Of a DNA stretch of 64,000 nt, positions 1 through 12,837 are shown piece by piece. How positions within the stretch are numbered: position 1 is the first letter of the stretch; the number at the start of each line of letters is the position of its first letter. Under the pieces are notes generated by a model. It ran no database searches, had not been told where the DNA came from, and was given only the letters and a program-made list of their open reading frames with translations. The stretch lies in the NCBI GenBank assembly GCA_003427395.1, contig BFEA01000021.1:4568964-4632963 (forward strand), written 5' to 3'. Source of the DNA: Chara braunii (lineage: Eukaryota > Plantae > Charophyceae). The position numbers and the translations under genes were made by a program.

Positions 1-959
1 TTGTTTGATCCTAACTGCTGATGACAATGGCAAATGATGTACACCTATGCATGCCACTCCAAGTCTGTAATGGTTCTCGTACCTATCCCCCTCTGCCCTG
101 TTTCCCTTTTGCCCCTCCTGTATGTACCATCCCTTATGCAACTATAGTCTGCGGTTGTTTATCTGCATGCCTCTACAGTCCCATGAACACCTCAAACCAC
201 AGTGCTGATATCCACAGCTGCAAGNNNNNNNNNNNNNNNNNNNNNNNNNNNNNNNNNNNNNNNNNNNNNNNNNNNNNNNNNNNNNNNNNNNNNNNNNNNN
301 NNNNNNNNNNNNNNNNNNNNNNNNNNNNNNNNNNNNNNNNNNNNNNNNNNNNNNNNNNNNNNNNNNNNNNNNNNNNNNNNNNNNNNNNNNNNNNNNNNNN
401 NNNNNNNNNNNNNNNNNNNNNNNNNNNNNNNNNNNNNNNNNNNNNNNNNNNNNNNNNNNNNNNNNNNNNNNNNNNNNNNNNNNNNNNNNNNNNNNNNNNN
501 NNNNNNNNNNNNNNNNNNNNNNNNNNNNNNNNNNNNNNNNNNNNNNNNNNNNNNNNNNNNNNNNNNNNNNNNNNNNNNNNNNNNNNNNNNNNNNNNNNNN
601 NNNNNNNNNNNNNNNNNNNNNNNNNNNNNNNNNNNNNNNNNNNNNNNNNNNNNNNNNNNNNNNNNNNNNNNNNNNNNNNNNNNNNNNNNNNNNNNNNNNN
701 NNNNNNNNNNNNNNNNNNNNNNNNNNNNNNNNNNNNNNNNNNNNNNNNNNNNNNNNNNNNNNNNNNNNNNNNNNNNNNNNNNNNNNNNNNNNNNNNNNNN
801 NNNNNNNNNNNNNNNNNNNNNNNNNNNNNNNNNNNNNNNNNNNNNNNNNNNNNNNNNNNNNNNNNNNNNNNNNNNNNNNNNNNNNNNNNGTGTGGGGAGG
901 CGGCGACCACAGAGGGCGTTGCCCGAGTCGGGCTGGCCTGTTGACCTTGTGTCCAGGAC

Positions 960-1765
960 TGGGGGGGGGGGTGTTGTGTGGGGAGGAGTAGAGGGAGCAG
1001 AGGTTGGCCCGTGACCGGGCGGTAACCGACCGGGAGCGGCTTCCATTGCCACTGTCTCTCATTCTGCCACCATGGTTTCCATAGCATACGTTGTGATGTG
1101 TCCAGTTCCCCTAGTTTCTTGTCCGGGTCCAGCCACAGCTGCTCAAAGAGAGCCATTTCTTATGATCTTTTTAGTGGGTCTGTTGTTTGAGTTAGGGAGT
1201 CTTTCAGTTGAGACCAGGCCTTATGAGTGGCCGCTTGTACAGTGTCAATAATGTGCAACTTGGCTTGCTGGTAGCCGAAGACATGTTCTTTCCTTTCATG
1301 AGAGCATCTTGCCCACCAGGCTGTCATCACGATTTGCAGTCTGGTGATCGTGAAGAGATTCCTCTGAAAGGGCGTCCATGTCCGTGCAGAGACAGGGAGG
1401 TGGCCCAATAATATCACCGTCGGGTCCCATGGGAGGTCTTGCCCAGTGAGATGGAGCCAAGCCGCACTCCACCATTGCCATATCTGTCTTGCCAAAGGGC
1501 AAAACAGCAGGCAATGTTCTAGGTCGGCTATTTGCTTCGGGGTGGAGCGACCGCAATAGGTGCAGATTGGGGACAACACCTGTTTTTGTTCCAGTTGCAA
1601 CCGGGACACTACCCAGTCAGGAGTTGGTAGGCATCTATACAGAATCTGTCGTTGCAGTGCTCTATGGTATGTCGGCATTAGACGGGCATACTGGGGCCAA
1701 GCAATGCTCTCAATCTCCCGGCTCATGAGTGTGGAGTCTCGTTCCCAGCTGTGTTTCATTCTATT
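960..1765 (-). pseudogene. A1 ORF2 C-terminal fragment (zf-RVT zinc-binding region)
   Basis: QILYRCLPTPDW..CTYCGR..DLEHCLLFCP; homologous to 21850..22806. Confidence 0.9.
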
Positions 1766-1807
1766 GGTGGGGAGCATCACCTGCTGGAAATCGGGTCCAG
1801 CGTCCCT
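1760..1807 (-). other. Conserved LINE 3'-UTR structured RNA motif, copy 1 (truncated)
   Basis: 45/48 identical to 21092..21139 and 44/48 identical to 23401..23448. Confidence 0.85.
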
Positions 1808-1959
1808 AGAACAATGAATCCTTTGTGTTTAACTCATGGACCAACTAAGTAGAGGTCCGCCTCTTCAGTTCTATAAGAACCGCCTGATCCATCGATAACT
1901 TACTAGCATTCCTCTCATATCTACCTAGATGATTCTCAGATTGCAGTATATTTGCACTA

Positions 1960-4900
1960 TTATTCCTCCTCTCTCCCATACCACTTAAGATCTACCAACG
2001 CCAGTTCCGAAGGAGGGAAGAATTCAAGAAAATCAGCAGCATCTTTTAATGTGTCATCAGGCCCCAAGTCCCACCATCGATTGAACACTATTTTGTAATC
2101 ACGCTTGAGTGGCGCTTCCAAAACCTTTTCCCCAGCCCATTCCACTTTTCCAATGATCCTGCCCTTTGTCTCCCCAAGCCAATCCTTTTGAAATTGTGAG
2201 AGAATTTTTTTGATGTCTGATTTCTGAAGAAAAGTTTTAAGCTTATTCGTAGTATCGGCCCATCGAACTCGGATTTCTGTTTCCACAAATTGCTTAACAT
2301 TATTTGTGAGTTTTGTCCCTTCAAGCCTTATTTCTTCCATAGTATGCACACATCTTTTCTGCCATAAGGGCCAAAGTACCGCTTTCCGTCCCAGATGAAA
2401 AATATTATCCTGGAAAGTAGATAGTGCTAGGGTAGAAGAACCATAATGTCCAAATAATATTACCCTCCAATCCCATGGCCAATCCAGTCTCGTCAAACGC
2501 TTCCAAACACAGTCTCATCTTCTCCACATCAGAATTGAACCTGGGCATTGTGTAAATATATGCTCTATGGTTTCCGTATATTTTCGTGAAGGGAATGACA
2601 AGAGGCAGAATTGGCACCAAGGGGATGCAAACCCCCTTTGCTCTAAAGTTGTATGGTCAATCAGCCAGTCATTGGTGGGCAAGCAACGATGCACAATCTG
2701 CAATTGGAGAGATGCAAACTTGGCCGGTCTTTCTTTAACTTTTTGGAACCAGCGTAGTGGTCTTAGTTTCTCCATACTAATATTGCTGCGTAATTGCCAT
2801 TACATCAATCTTGGGTCTCAGCAGACGATATGTAGTTTTGACCGTGAGTGATTGTAGTGTTCTCGTTTTACCATGTTGGTTTGTCATCCAGCATCATTCC
2901 CTCGGGTCTATAGGGAGTTCTGCTATCGGTAATTCAGGGAAGTATGCACACCATTTTGAATCAGGGGAAGTTAATAAGACTCTAATCCTGTAGAGAGCAT
3001 TGTGAGGCAGAAATTCCACCCTATCTATATCATATTTGGCTAAGGAAAAATCTCTTTGTAATTTTAATATATTAATTAATGCCCCTTGAGGATAAGTGCA
3101 TACTATCTGGCCTAAGATCCTTTGATTGTTATTGTCGAAGCCAGATACCCAATCCGCCTCTTGCATGGTTGGCCCTTTTCTAAGAATAGTCTCCCATGCT
3201 ATAGGTATCGAGGATGTAATCTGGTCTACTGATTCCAAAAGATGATGTGCATATCGTAAAATAAGTCTTAATTGTTTTATCGACATCCATCCCTTTTTAA
3301 TTGGATCCAAATATCCTTGACTCTCACTACTCCTCTTTTTACCCACATACTCCACGGTGGGGAGGAACTATTGAAGATACTTCCATTCAAGTTCGTGATT
3401 CATCGATTGCCAAAAAGAGAATGACGTAAAATTTCTTCATAACGTCGTGGCAAGGGCTTGTCAGGCAGTGGTAGTCTTCTCCATGTTTTTAACAGAGACG
3501 CCAAAAAATTATCCAGCACTAGATCCTTAGTAGGTTCTCCCCTTACTCCCTCCCTACAAGAACCTAGATTTGGCCTAGGGATACTCCAGAATCTGTCCTC
3601 TATCCATGTCAAAGGGTGTACATTTTCTGCGGAAGGGGGGGCAAGTCTTCGAATTTGTTCTAGAGCCATAGGCTTCCAACGAATTTCTCGAGCAAATATA
3701 AGTTTTTTTATCCATTGTAGTGATAATGTCTGACTTTGTACATCAGGGTCCAATAGACCTAATCCCCCTTTGGATATGGGTTGTATAAGTGTGAGTCAGG
3801 CCACTCTTGGAATTGCTCTAGGGGCTTCTTGATCCCCTCTCCACAGAAATGTTGTAATTAGTTTCTTTAGCCCACTGGTGGCCGATTTGCCTAGTGACCA
3901 AATGACCGATTTATACCAAATAGAGGTCAGTACAACATTGTTAATGATTAAGGCTCTACCAAAAATTGAAGTGTGTTTGTTTTTTCATTGATTCATTTTG
4001 TCTGATGCTGGATTAGAAATCCATTCATCATTAGTTGATGGTTTGCCTTGTGTCGTCAGAGATACCCCCAGTACTTTAATTGGGGCTTCCAAAGGAAGCC
4101 ATTTCACTCTTAGTTCTTCCGGAGGTCTGATTCCATTGGAGTGAATCCACCATCCCTATGCCTTACTTCCCCAGTTAACTACCATATCTGATACCATGAG
4201 GAACTTGTCCATGAGTGCTTTAACTTCTTTCATGTTATCTGATGAGGCCTCAAGAATGAGGGTAAGATCGTCTGCGAACATAGAGGTTATAGGAATGGCT
4301 TCTTCCAGAATCCCAGTAATTTGTAACCGCTGAAGATTATGGTTACATCTTAAATTTGTCGTCAAGGCTTCCATTATGATCAAAAAGAGAAAAGGTGCTA
4401 ATGGGTCCCCCTGCCTGACTGATCTTTGTAATTTAATCTCGGGCGAAAGGAGACCATTTGCCTGAATCCTGGTTGTTGCATTGGAGTGCAGAATATTAAT
4501 CCATTGTCTAAGTGTCAGACCAAAATTCATTTTTTGCAAGCATGCATCTAGAAAGCGCCAGTCCACATGATCATAAGTTTTTTCAAAGTCTATGAATATA
4601 AATGCGGCGTTGAGTCGAGATTGTCGAGAAAGTTTAACCATTTCATTGATTAAAATAATATTATCCTGTATATGACGCCCTTCGATAAAGTCAGTTTGTG
4701 CAGGGTGAATGATATCAGGCATTACTGGTATTAGTCTATTAGCTATTGTTTTTGCTAACATCTTATAAATCACTGTTAGTAATGTAATTGGCCTATAATT
4801 CCTGATGTTAGTCTTATTCCCATTTTTATAAAGCAAAATAAGTACTCCCTGGCCCACCAATTCTCCTGTATGACCAGATTCCTAGACATGTTTGTAAAAT

Positions 4901-6520
4901 TTCATAAGGTCATCCGAAAGAGTTGACCACATGGCTTCCCATAATTCTTTAGGAAATTCATCTATTCCTGGTTTTTTATCTTCTACCATTTGTGGTAGAG
5001 CTTTCCAAATTTCATTTTTTGTTATCGGATTTTCTAAGGCAGTCCTTTGATCAGAGGACAAAAATTGAGTCAATGGGGTGAGAAACTGTTTGATCATTTG
5101 ATCATCCGCCTCTCTGTCTCTAGCATTTTTGGCGGAAGTAAAAAGATCCTTAAAGAAATCATATTCAATTTTAAGGTTTCCGATCGAGGTGGTTGGGATA
5201 TCAATGTTGTCCAGTGAATGTTGAGTAGGGTCATATAAGGCTTCTATATTGGTTCTCTTTTCTCGTGCTTTGGCTAGTGCATAAAAGGTAGTGTCCATTT
5301 GTCCATCAGTCTGATACTTTTTGAGTTTCCCTCTGATAATCTGCCCTTGCCAACGGAGTTGCGCAAAGGTCAGGAGCTGTGTTCTCAAGTTTTCGATATC
5401 GACATTTTGTTGATTTTCGATCCTGGGATCCTCTTGCTCGTATTTCAAGATTTGTTATTGGATATACATCTCCTGATTATATCGTTTTTTTGCCAATACT
5501 TTAGAATATTCCTGACATTTCTTAGATAAAAAACAAGACCATTATTAAACCAGGCTATATATGATTCTTGTTGATTCTTAGTTGTATGCCAAAATTGTCA
5601 TACATCCTGAATATATTGCCTAAATTGGTGAGAAAGGAGGAGATAAGTATTAAGTTTATAAAAATATTTTCCTTGGTCAGTTTTCTTTCTGAAGGAAACA
5701 AGTACTGCACACATTTTGTGATCTGCTCCTGGCCAGGGACTTTGAGGGAAAATGGCTGCTCCCTGGAGAGCCCTGTCTAAATTATGTGATAATAAAATGA
5801 GATCAATCCTAGATTTAGAGGGGTGGGAGAAGCCACTATTCCGTATGCATGAAAAAAGACGTTCTTGTGGGTAAATACGTCTAAAGGAATCAAAAAGATT
5901 TTCAGACTCACACAACCGGTGAATTATATTTTCGTCTTCTTCAATATAGGATGGACACGGAGAAGGAATCTTTCATTTATTCATCCATCTGTCTGGGGCT
6001 GCGTTGAAATCCCTGACCATAATGATTGGTATTCCTTCTGGGATGCGACCACGAATATTGTGAAAAAAATCAATTCTTTCTTGTAGATCATTAGGACCAT
6101 AAACGTTAATCACACAGACTATTTATATTTCTAACATCACTAGAGCTGATATCCATCTCCCCTGCTCCTTGTCAACCTCCCAATGCACCACCTCTACCCG
6201 GGAGTCCGGGGGTACCCAAATGGTTACCCCCCCTGACCCGCTTCTTTGAGCATGTGAGCTTATCTTTTGAAAGGACCAAATTAGATTATGGGCTCTATTA
6301 TGCGTCGGAGAGTCCAGGAGATGAGTTTCCTGAATACATATAAGATCTGGCCAAGAGCGACCACCCACTCCTTTAAGTTGCTCCATGATAGAGTGTCGCT
6401 TCTCTGCATCTGCTGTGGTCAGTCCATTGACATTGAGAGAACGCAGATCTAGGTCTGCAGTTTGTGTAGCACGGCGCCACGAAGAGCTCTTCCCATGTAG
6501 TGCTAGTAATGCATCAATTT
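1960..6520 (-). pseudogene. B1 ORF2 (APE endonuclease - reverse transcriptase - zf-RVT), frameshifted and with stops
   Basis: DLRSLNVNG, ICIQETH, SRIDLIL, ADHK, NYRPITLL, FIDFEKTYDHVD, SVRQGDPLAP, MFADD, WCQFC..EHIFTQC. Confidence 0.95.
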
Positions 6521-6572
6521 GGAATAATTATACCGGCAAACTACCTCCTTGTGACGCTTTTGTAAAAGCCCC

Positions 6573-7476
6573 TCAAAGTGTCACCCAGCTGCCTGTATCT
6601 AGCTCAGATGAGGACTGTAGTACACCCTGACGTAGAATGGTGCCCAGAAAAGATGAGACCTCCGCTATAGACCAGATCGCATTAGTTTTGACTTTTAGCA
6701 ACAGAAGACCTAAAAGAGCCATATGAGAGTACCACTTCGAACCTGCTTCTTTGTTATCATCGAATCTGACAAAAGTATCTATCTTGGTCATGTGTGTTTT
6801 TTCTCCTATATAAGTTAGGGTTGCCTGTGGTCCAGGGTCATAGTCCTTTGTCAAGTAATCCTGCAAATCCCTTTTGAAAGTCTTGTCCCCCGTGTGTTGG
6901 TAATCCACATATGTAGTCCACCCTCTGAGAGTCACTCCTCCATATTGATTCTGACCTAAGTGCGAGAGACCAATTTCCCATTTACCCCCCTTCTTTCTGA
7001 CCGAGATTACCAGGTTTCCTTTTAGGGTTTGCATCTTATTTACTTGACCTTTTCCAACAAATGCCGTAATTTTGCCTCTTTCCTACCTCCTTCTCTCCTT
7101 CTTGAGGGTTGTTCTGTGGAGTTGACAATGCAGATTCTGTAGGTGACATTTTTGTTCCCTCCATCTTATCCTTATCCTCTTTAGTGACTGAAGTCTCCTC
7201 ATTGCTCAATGAATCGTCCCTACTTGTTTGAGTTGCACCGACTATTAGACTGGATGATATCTACCCCTGTTCATCTTCTGTTTGTGATGCAGAATCTGAG
7301 ACTAGGATGAACGATGCCTGACTGATTGGACTGTCCTCAGTTACTCCCCCATTTCCATTGCTATCCCCTGACCCCCCTTTCTCTGTTTGATTAATTTTCT
7401 TTTCCAACTTAGGTGGGTGAAATACTTTTAACCTTTTCTGGAATAGCCTTTGACTTACTACAGTCCATTGAGATCC
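6573..7476 (-). pseudogene. B1 ORF1 C-terminal remnant (disordered linker plus conserved C-terminal domain)
   Basis: ORF 6573..7034 aligns with the ORF1 C-termini of A1, A2 and B2 (G-x-hhh-x-V/I-R...W-x-h-GL ... GW ... KW(Y/F)S). Confidence 0.75.
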
Positions 7477-10400
7477 CTCAGTGTCTATTGTTTTGTGCGT
7501 TCTTCTATAGCAGTCTTTCACTGTGAACTTCCAGAATGGGAGTGGCTTAGCACCCCCCCAGTGCCATTTAGAGGGGTTTAAAGGTAGCTGGCACAGGGGA
7601 ACCGTTGATTCATACCCGTATCAACCATCGTTGTCATCTCCCAGGACCCTGACTCTGATAAAGGTGGTCCAGGGCAGTGCAGTATCCAGGTCGGCATTCC
7701 TTTTAAGCGGAGTGACTCGGGCGCCTGGCAGTTCCGGCTCGTATGCCTCCAAGACCACGTGTTGAGGCATTCGGTTGGTGACCTTGTAAATGACATGGGT
7801 AGAGGGAGTATCGACACAGGAACCACCCAGTCTCCCTTTTGAGGTTGCGGTCCTTGTTTGAGGGCCCGAAGCCGGGCTATAGGGATAGCTTCTTGGAGGG
7901 TGTTCAGTTTACCCTCCAAGTCTTTGATGTTCTTTAGTTGCAATCGGAGTTGGGTAGCAGATTTCCACCTCGCTGCCGGGATGTCCCATAAGTCCCCTAG
8001 GGAGAATATCCCTTTCTTCACCCAGGACAGCCAGTGTGACCCTTGCCTGACAGAGAAGGGTTGACCCTGGGTATCCAGGATTTGCGGGTTCTCAAACCAC
8101 GACTGCCTCCATATCTCGTGCCACCTTGCTGGCGGTGGGATCTTCTCGAGGCCGATATCTCTCTAGAGTGCCATGAGGGAGGCCCACATGGGGTCATTGA
8201 CTACGTCTGTTCTAGTTGCTATGTTGTGAGTGTCGGTTACGACTGTCCTTGGAGTCGTAGATATTGACCAGGCCAAGTTTGTTAGTCATGCCAGTGGGTG
8301 GATTGGTGTTTCCGGGGGTGTTGTTGGTGTCAGGCAGTTGAGCTGAATGTATGCAAAGGGGGGGCCATGGGAGGTCATCGGTCATCAGCAGTCGCACGAT
8401 GACTTTGAAAACCAGGGCCTTGATCTGGTCTTCTGGGTCTACAATTCCCAGGCCCCCTTTGGTTCTTGGTTGGGCCACTTGGGCCCATGCCACCCTTTTT
8501 GTGCAGGTCCTTAGCTCATGATCATTCCTCCACAGGTATGCTACAATTGCTGATTTGAGCAGCGTTAGTTGGCGCAGTAGGAGAGTCCAAAAAGCCGTCT
8601 TATACAAAATAGTAGACAAGATTGCGTTGTTGATGGCTACTATGGAGGTGTGTAGGCCCTTCCATTTGGCCATGCCGTGAATTGTTGTTTGAACGAGGCG
8701 GTCCCCATGGTCCTTGGGGGGCCCCAGAGTTGTGAGTCTTATCCCCAAGATGTGGATGGCCTCCTCCTCTGATCGCCAATTGACTGGGGGCTCGTCCGGT
8801 GGAAGGTCCGCCGTGTGGAGCCACCAACCCTCCGTTTTAGCGCCCAAGTTGACTTTCATGTCTGCAGCAATGGAGAAGACCTGTATTGTGTGAGCCAGCG
8901 CTTGCATACTGGCTTTTGAGGCTTTGATAAGGACAGTGAGATCGTCTGCGAACAGTGAGGTGATCGGTATTTTGTGTGTAGGGAGCTCTGGGATGGAAAT
9001 CCGCTCAATAGCAGGGTTAAATCGTATAAGCGCGGCCAGGGCCTCTATGATGATTACAAAGAGAAGCGGGGCGATCAGGTCTCTTTGTCTCACCAACCTT
9101 TGTAGCGGAAACGATGGTGAGAGGTGGTCATTTAGCATGATGTTCGTCGCCACGAAATGGTGCAGTGTGTGGATCCAGTGTCTGAACGCGGGGCCAAAGT
9201 TCATCTTGTCTAGGCACAGATCCAAGAAACGTTAGTCCACATGATCGTAGGCCTTTTTAAAGTCGATGAATAGAATTGCAGCTTCTACCTGTCTCTGTCT
9301 TGTGTACTTGATTGGCTCATTAACCAGCAAGACATTATCTTGGATGTTCCGATGGGGCATGAACCCTGTTTGGACCATGTGGATGAGGTGATGCATACAG
9401 GGCAGGAGTCTGTTACATAGTGCTTTCGCCACCATCTTGTATGGGAGGGGGAGGAGAGTGATAGGGCGATAGTTTCTAATTTCTGCTCGATCCCCTTTCT
9501 TGTACAGTAAGGTGGTTACTCCTTGCCCCATGAGGTCCCCTAAACGTCCTTCTTGTTCGGCCGCATGTATGTATTCCATAAGGTCTGGGCCTAGGAGTTC
9601 CCAAAAGTGGAGCCAAAATTCTTTCGAGAAGCCGTCCAGGCCCGGGGTTTTATCATCGTCCATGGATTTCAGTGCTGCGTGGATCTCCTGCGATGAGAGA
9701 GGTGCGTCCAGAGCCTGCCTCTGCTGCTGAGAGAGCAGGGCTGACAGGTTGTGAAGCATGGTAGATCTGGCGTGAGACAAAGTTTCTTCACCCCAATGTG
9801 CATTTTCAGATGTGAAGAGTTTGTGGTAGTATTGTGTGGCGTAGTCCACTATTTTGTAGGCGTTCGAGACATCCGACTGGTGTGGGTCGAAAGGGTGGTG
9901 CAACTCGGCCACCAGGCTTTGTTTTTCCCCTGCTCTTGACTTTATTGAAGAATGTTCTGGTCATCGTCCCTTCTGTATCCGCTTTCCGAATCCAAGCCTG
10001 GATTATCAATTTCTCTGCCCGGTGGTTAAGGTGGGTCTGCAGGTGATCTCTAGCGTCTTGGAGCCGCGAAAAGATTTGTGGGTCCAGCGGTTGTTCCAGC
10101 AGTTGCTGGTCCCACTGTTCGAGGGTGTGCAGCAGGCTGTCCAGGGTGGCTTTTCGATCTCTCGCTTGTTTAATTGAGAATTTTTTTATTTGCTCCCTAA
10201 GGTTGGTCATGCCTTTCTTGAACCAGTCCACTAGTGATGCATGTGCATTTTTCAGGGTTGCCCAGTATGCCGAGTATTCATCCACCAGCTGGTGGAGCGT
10301 TTGTAGTTTGAGCAAGGAAGTGTTGAATTTGTAGAAGTTGGGGCCTCGGGACAGGTTGTGATGGAACGAGAGGCCCATCACGATTCCTCTGTGATCAAAT

Positions 10401-11190
10401 GATCTGCAAGGACTCGTAGTTTGTATTTCTGCCACAGTTACCAGGCCTGTGAGGGTCTGTAAGATGAGAAAGAGGCCTATCCTGGAGTTGGATAGGCCTG
10501 CTTCTCCTCTAGACCGCAAGCAGGTGTATGCCCTCTTGGTGGGGTGAGTCAATCTATATACATCACATAGTTGCATTTTTGCCATTATGTCGTTGAGCAT
10601 GATGACATCTGGTTGCATTTCTCCCCCTTGTGGCTGGGAGGAGGATGACCATCTGTCCAAGGCCGGGTCAGGTGTGACGTTGAAGTCCCCGGCTAAGATC
10701 AGGGGCAGTCATTTGGCAACACCTCGGTCAGTTTTTGCAGAAATTGAAGCCTATCTGTGCTGTCATTCGGCCCATAGATGTTGGCGATGCATATCGTCTC
10801 CTCTCCCGAGGTTGCCTTGAGGTAGACCCATCTCCCCTCCATTATGTCGAAGTCCGATTGCACTGGTTTTAGTTGTGACGAAGGGGGAAGCCATATGGCC
10901 ACCCTAGCCGATGCTCCGGCCACTGTAGGTGTCGTGTACGCTACATGCGGCCAGATTTGTTTATGTTTGGCCTGATGGTTAGGACTATGGGACAGGTGAG
11001 TCTCTTGAATGCATACCGCATCCGGCCACGTCTCCGAATCGGGGTGTTTGATTTCGTTCTAAATTGCAGTCGTTTTCTGTTGATTAGCCGTCATGAGGCG
11101 GTTGACGTTTAGAGATTTAATTTGCAGATCTGCTTGGTTTAGTTTTTTGGCCCAAGGCGGCAGTTTTCTGAGTGGAGGTTGCATAGTCGG
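7477..11190 (-). pseudogene. A1 ORF2 main part (APE - RT), disrupted
   Basis: IKSLNVN, NIYGPN, SFDH, NYRPITLL, FIDFKKAYDHVD, LFADD, GGLGIVD. Confidence 0.95.
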
Positions 11191-11330
11191 CGTACGTGAC
11201 AACGATGGTTGTTCGGGTGCGAGTCCGAGCGAAGGACGCTGGGGTGTGTATGTGTGCTCCATGTGACGGATGACTTGCTCTCCCTGTGATAGGTGCGGTT
11301 CCATTGGAGTATGTGCTGTCACAGTACAAT

Positions 11331-12752
11331 TCACAGTCCGTTGAGGAAGGGGGGGTCCTCCCTGGTATTGGCGGCGTCAAGGAAGTCGTTCTCTAATATT
11401 GCCTGCAGAAAGATGTGGATTTGGGCCTGTCTCCAGGCCAGATTAGATCTAAGCCTGGTTGTGGACAGGTCTGCCAGCTGTTCGTCTGTGAACCACTGCA
11501 AAGTAGAGTCCCCTTTCTGAGGGAGCTTGTAGTAGTCGAAGATTATTACCGTCGGGACTATGCTTATTGGGAAGGGGTGGTCTCGGGGCAGTGACACTCC
11601 CTGTACTCCAACGTCCTTGTTATCACTAAGGAGGGTTGCAATCATTTTCAAAGTTTCGGGTTTCCCGTACTCCCCTTTCCACCCTTCAATCGTCAGGCTG
11701 ACGTAGTCATTTGTGGACTTCGATTTATACGAGTTGAAGTCCGCCGAGTACCCCCTAGTTCTCAGTCCCACTTGCCACCTATGGCTTTGGGACTCTCTTG
11801 TGATCGGTATGAGTAGCAGTCCCTGCAGTGGTTCATAAGCTTGGGCAGCCAGATTCGAGCCAGAGGGCCGGATAAGGTCCCTCATTTTACCCCTGGTGGA
11901 TGGTTTCGCGAGAGCTTGCGAGGTTCGCAGTGAGAGAGGGGCGGGGAATCGTGAGGGATTTAGTGTGTGTGTCGCCCAGTTGTGGCTGTAAACATTCAAC
12001 TTGTGAACCCTGTTGGGATTCAGATTCAGGCACACTTTCCTGTTTTGTATCTGACTCATCTTGGTCCTCCTGATCCTCTGAATCAGGGTTGTCGAGCCCC
12101 GGGCCCGGGGCCCCGGCGGGGGTCCCGGGGTCCGGGGGTGGGCACCCCTGACCCCGGCTCCGGACCCCCCCCCCCCAAAAAAAAAAAAACAAAAACAAAA
12201 AAAAAAAAACAAATACAGGGGGGTGCGCAGTGGCAGCCTGCACCCCCTTGGGCCAAACTGCAAAAATGCAGTTTTGGGCCCACCTCGGGCCCCCCCCGGG
12301 GCTACACCCACCCCTGGTGAGCCCGGGGTCACCCTGGGCGCGGGGCCGGGGCGGGGCTGAGCAGGGTGCGGGGTCGGGGATGGCTGGGAGCGGGGGCGGG
12401 GGTGCGGGGTCAAGGCCAGGGGNNNNNNNNNNNNNNNNNNNNNNNNNNNNNNNNNNNNNNNNNNNNNNNNNNNNNNNNNNNNNNNNNNNNNNNNNNNNNN
12501 NNNNNNNNNNNNNNNNNNNNNNNNNNNNNNNNNNNNNNNNNNNNNNNNNNNNNNNNNNNNNNNNNNNNNNNNNNNNNNNNNNNNNNNNNNNNNNNNNNNN
12601 NNNNNNNNNNNNNNNNNNNNNNNNNNNNNNNNNNNNNNNNNNNNNNNNNNNNNNNNNNNNNNNNNNNNNNNNNNNNNNNNNNNNNNNNNNNNNNNNNNNN
12701 NNNNNNNNNNNNNNNNNNNNNNNNNNNNNNNNNNNNNNNNNNNNNNNNNNNN

Positions 12753-12837
<85 letters not shown>

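Larger units (their letters stand above)
1760..7476 (-). mobile_element. LINE B1 (AT-rich family), 5'-truncated and 3'-clipped, nested in A1 ORF2
   Basis: Own APE, RT and zf-RVT. GC content drops abruptly. Conserved 3' motif at 1760..1807. No poly(A) or TSD found. 5' junction is approximate. Confidence 0.88.

Noticed and set aside
225-889. Long ORFs spanning N runs (also 12423..12751 and 16350..17269)
   Set aside because: Artefacts of assembly gaps translated as X.
1760-1807. Assignment of the 3' motif to a known ribozyme (pistol-like AAUAG loop, HDV, hammerhead)
   Set aside because: The required helices and catalytic cores could not be fitted by eye; left unassigned.
12087-12836. Poly-G/poly-Pro tract and homopolymer-rich sequence (G-quadruplex or extensin-like ORF)
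   Set aside because: Directly flanks a gap and looks like low-quality read-end sequence.
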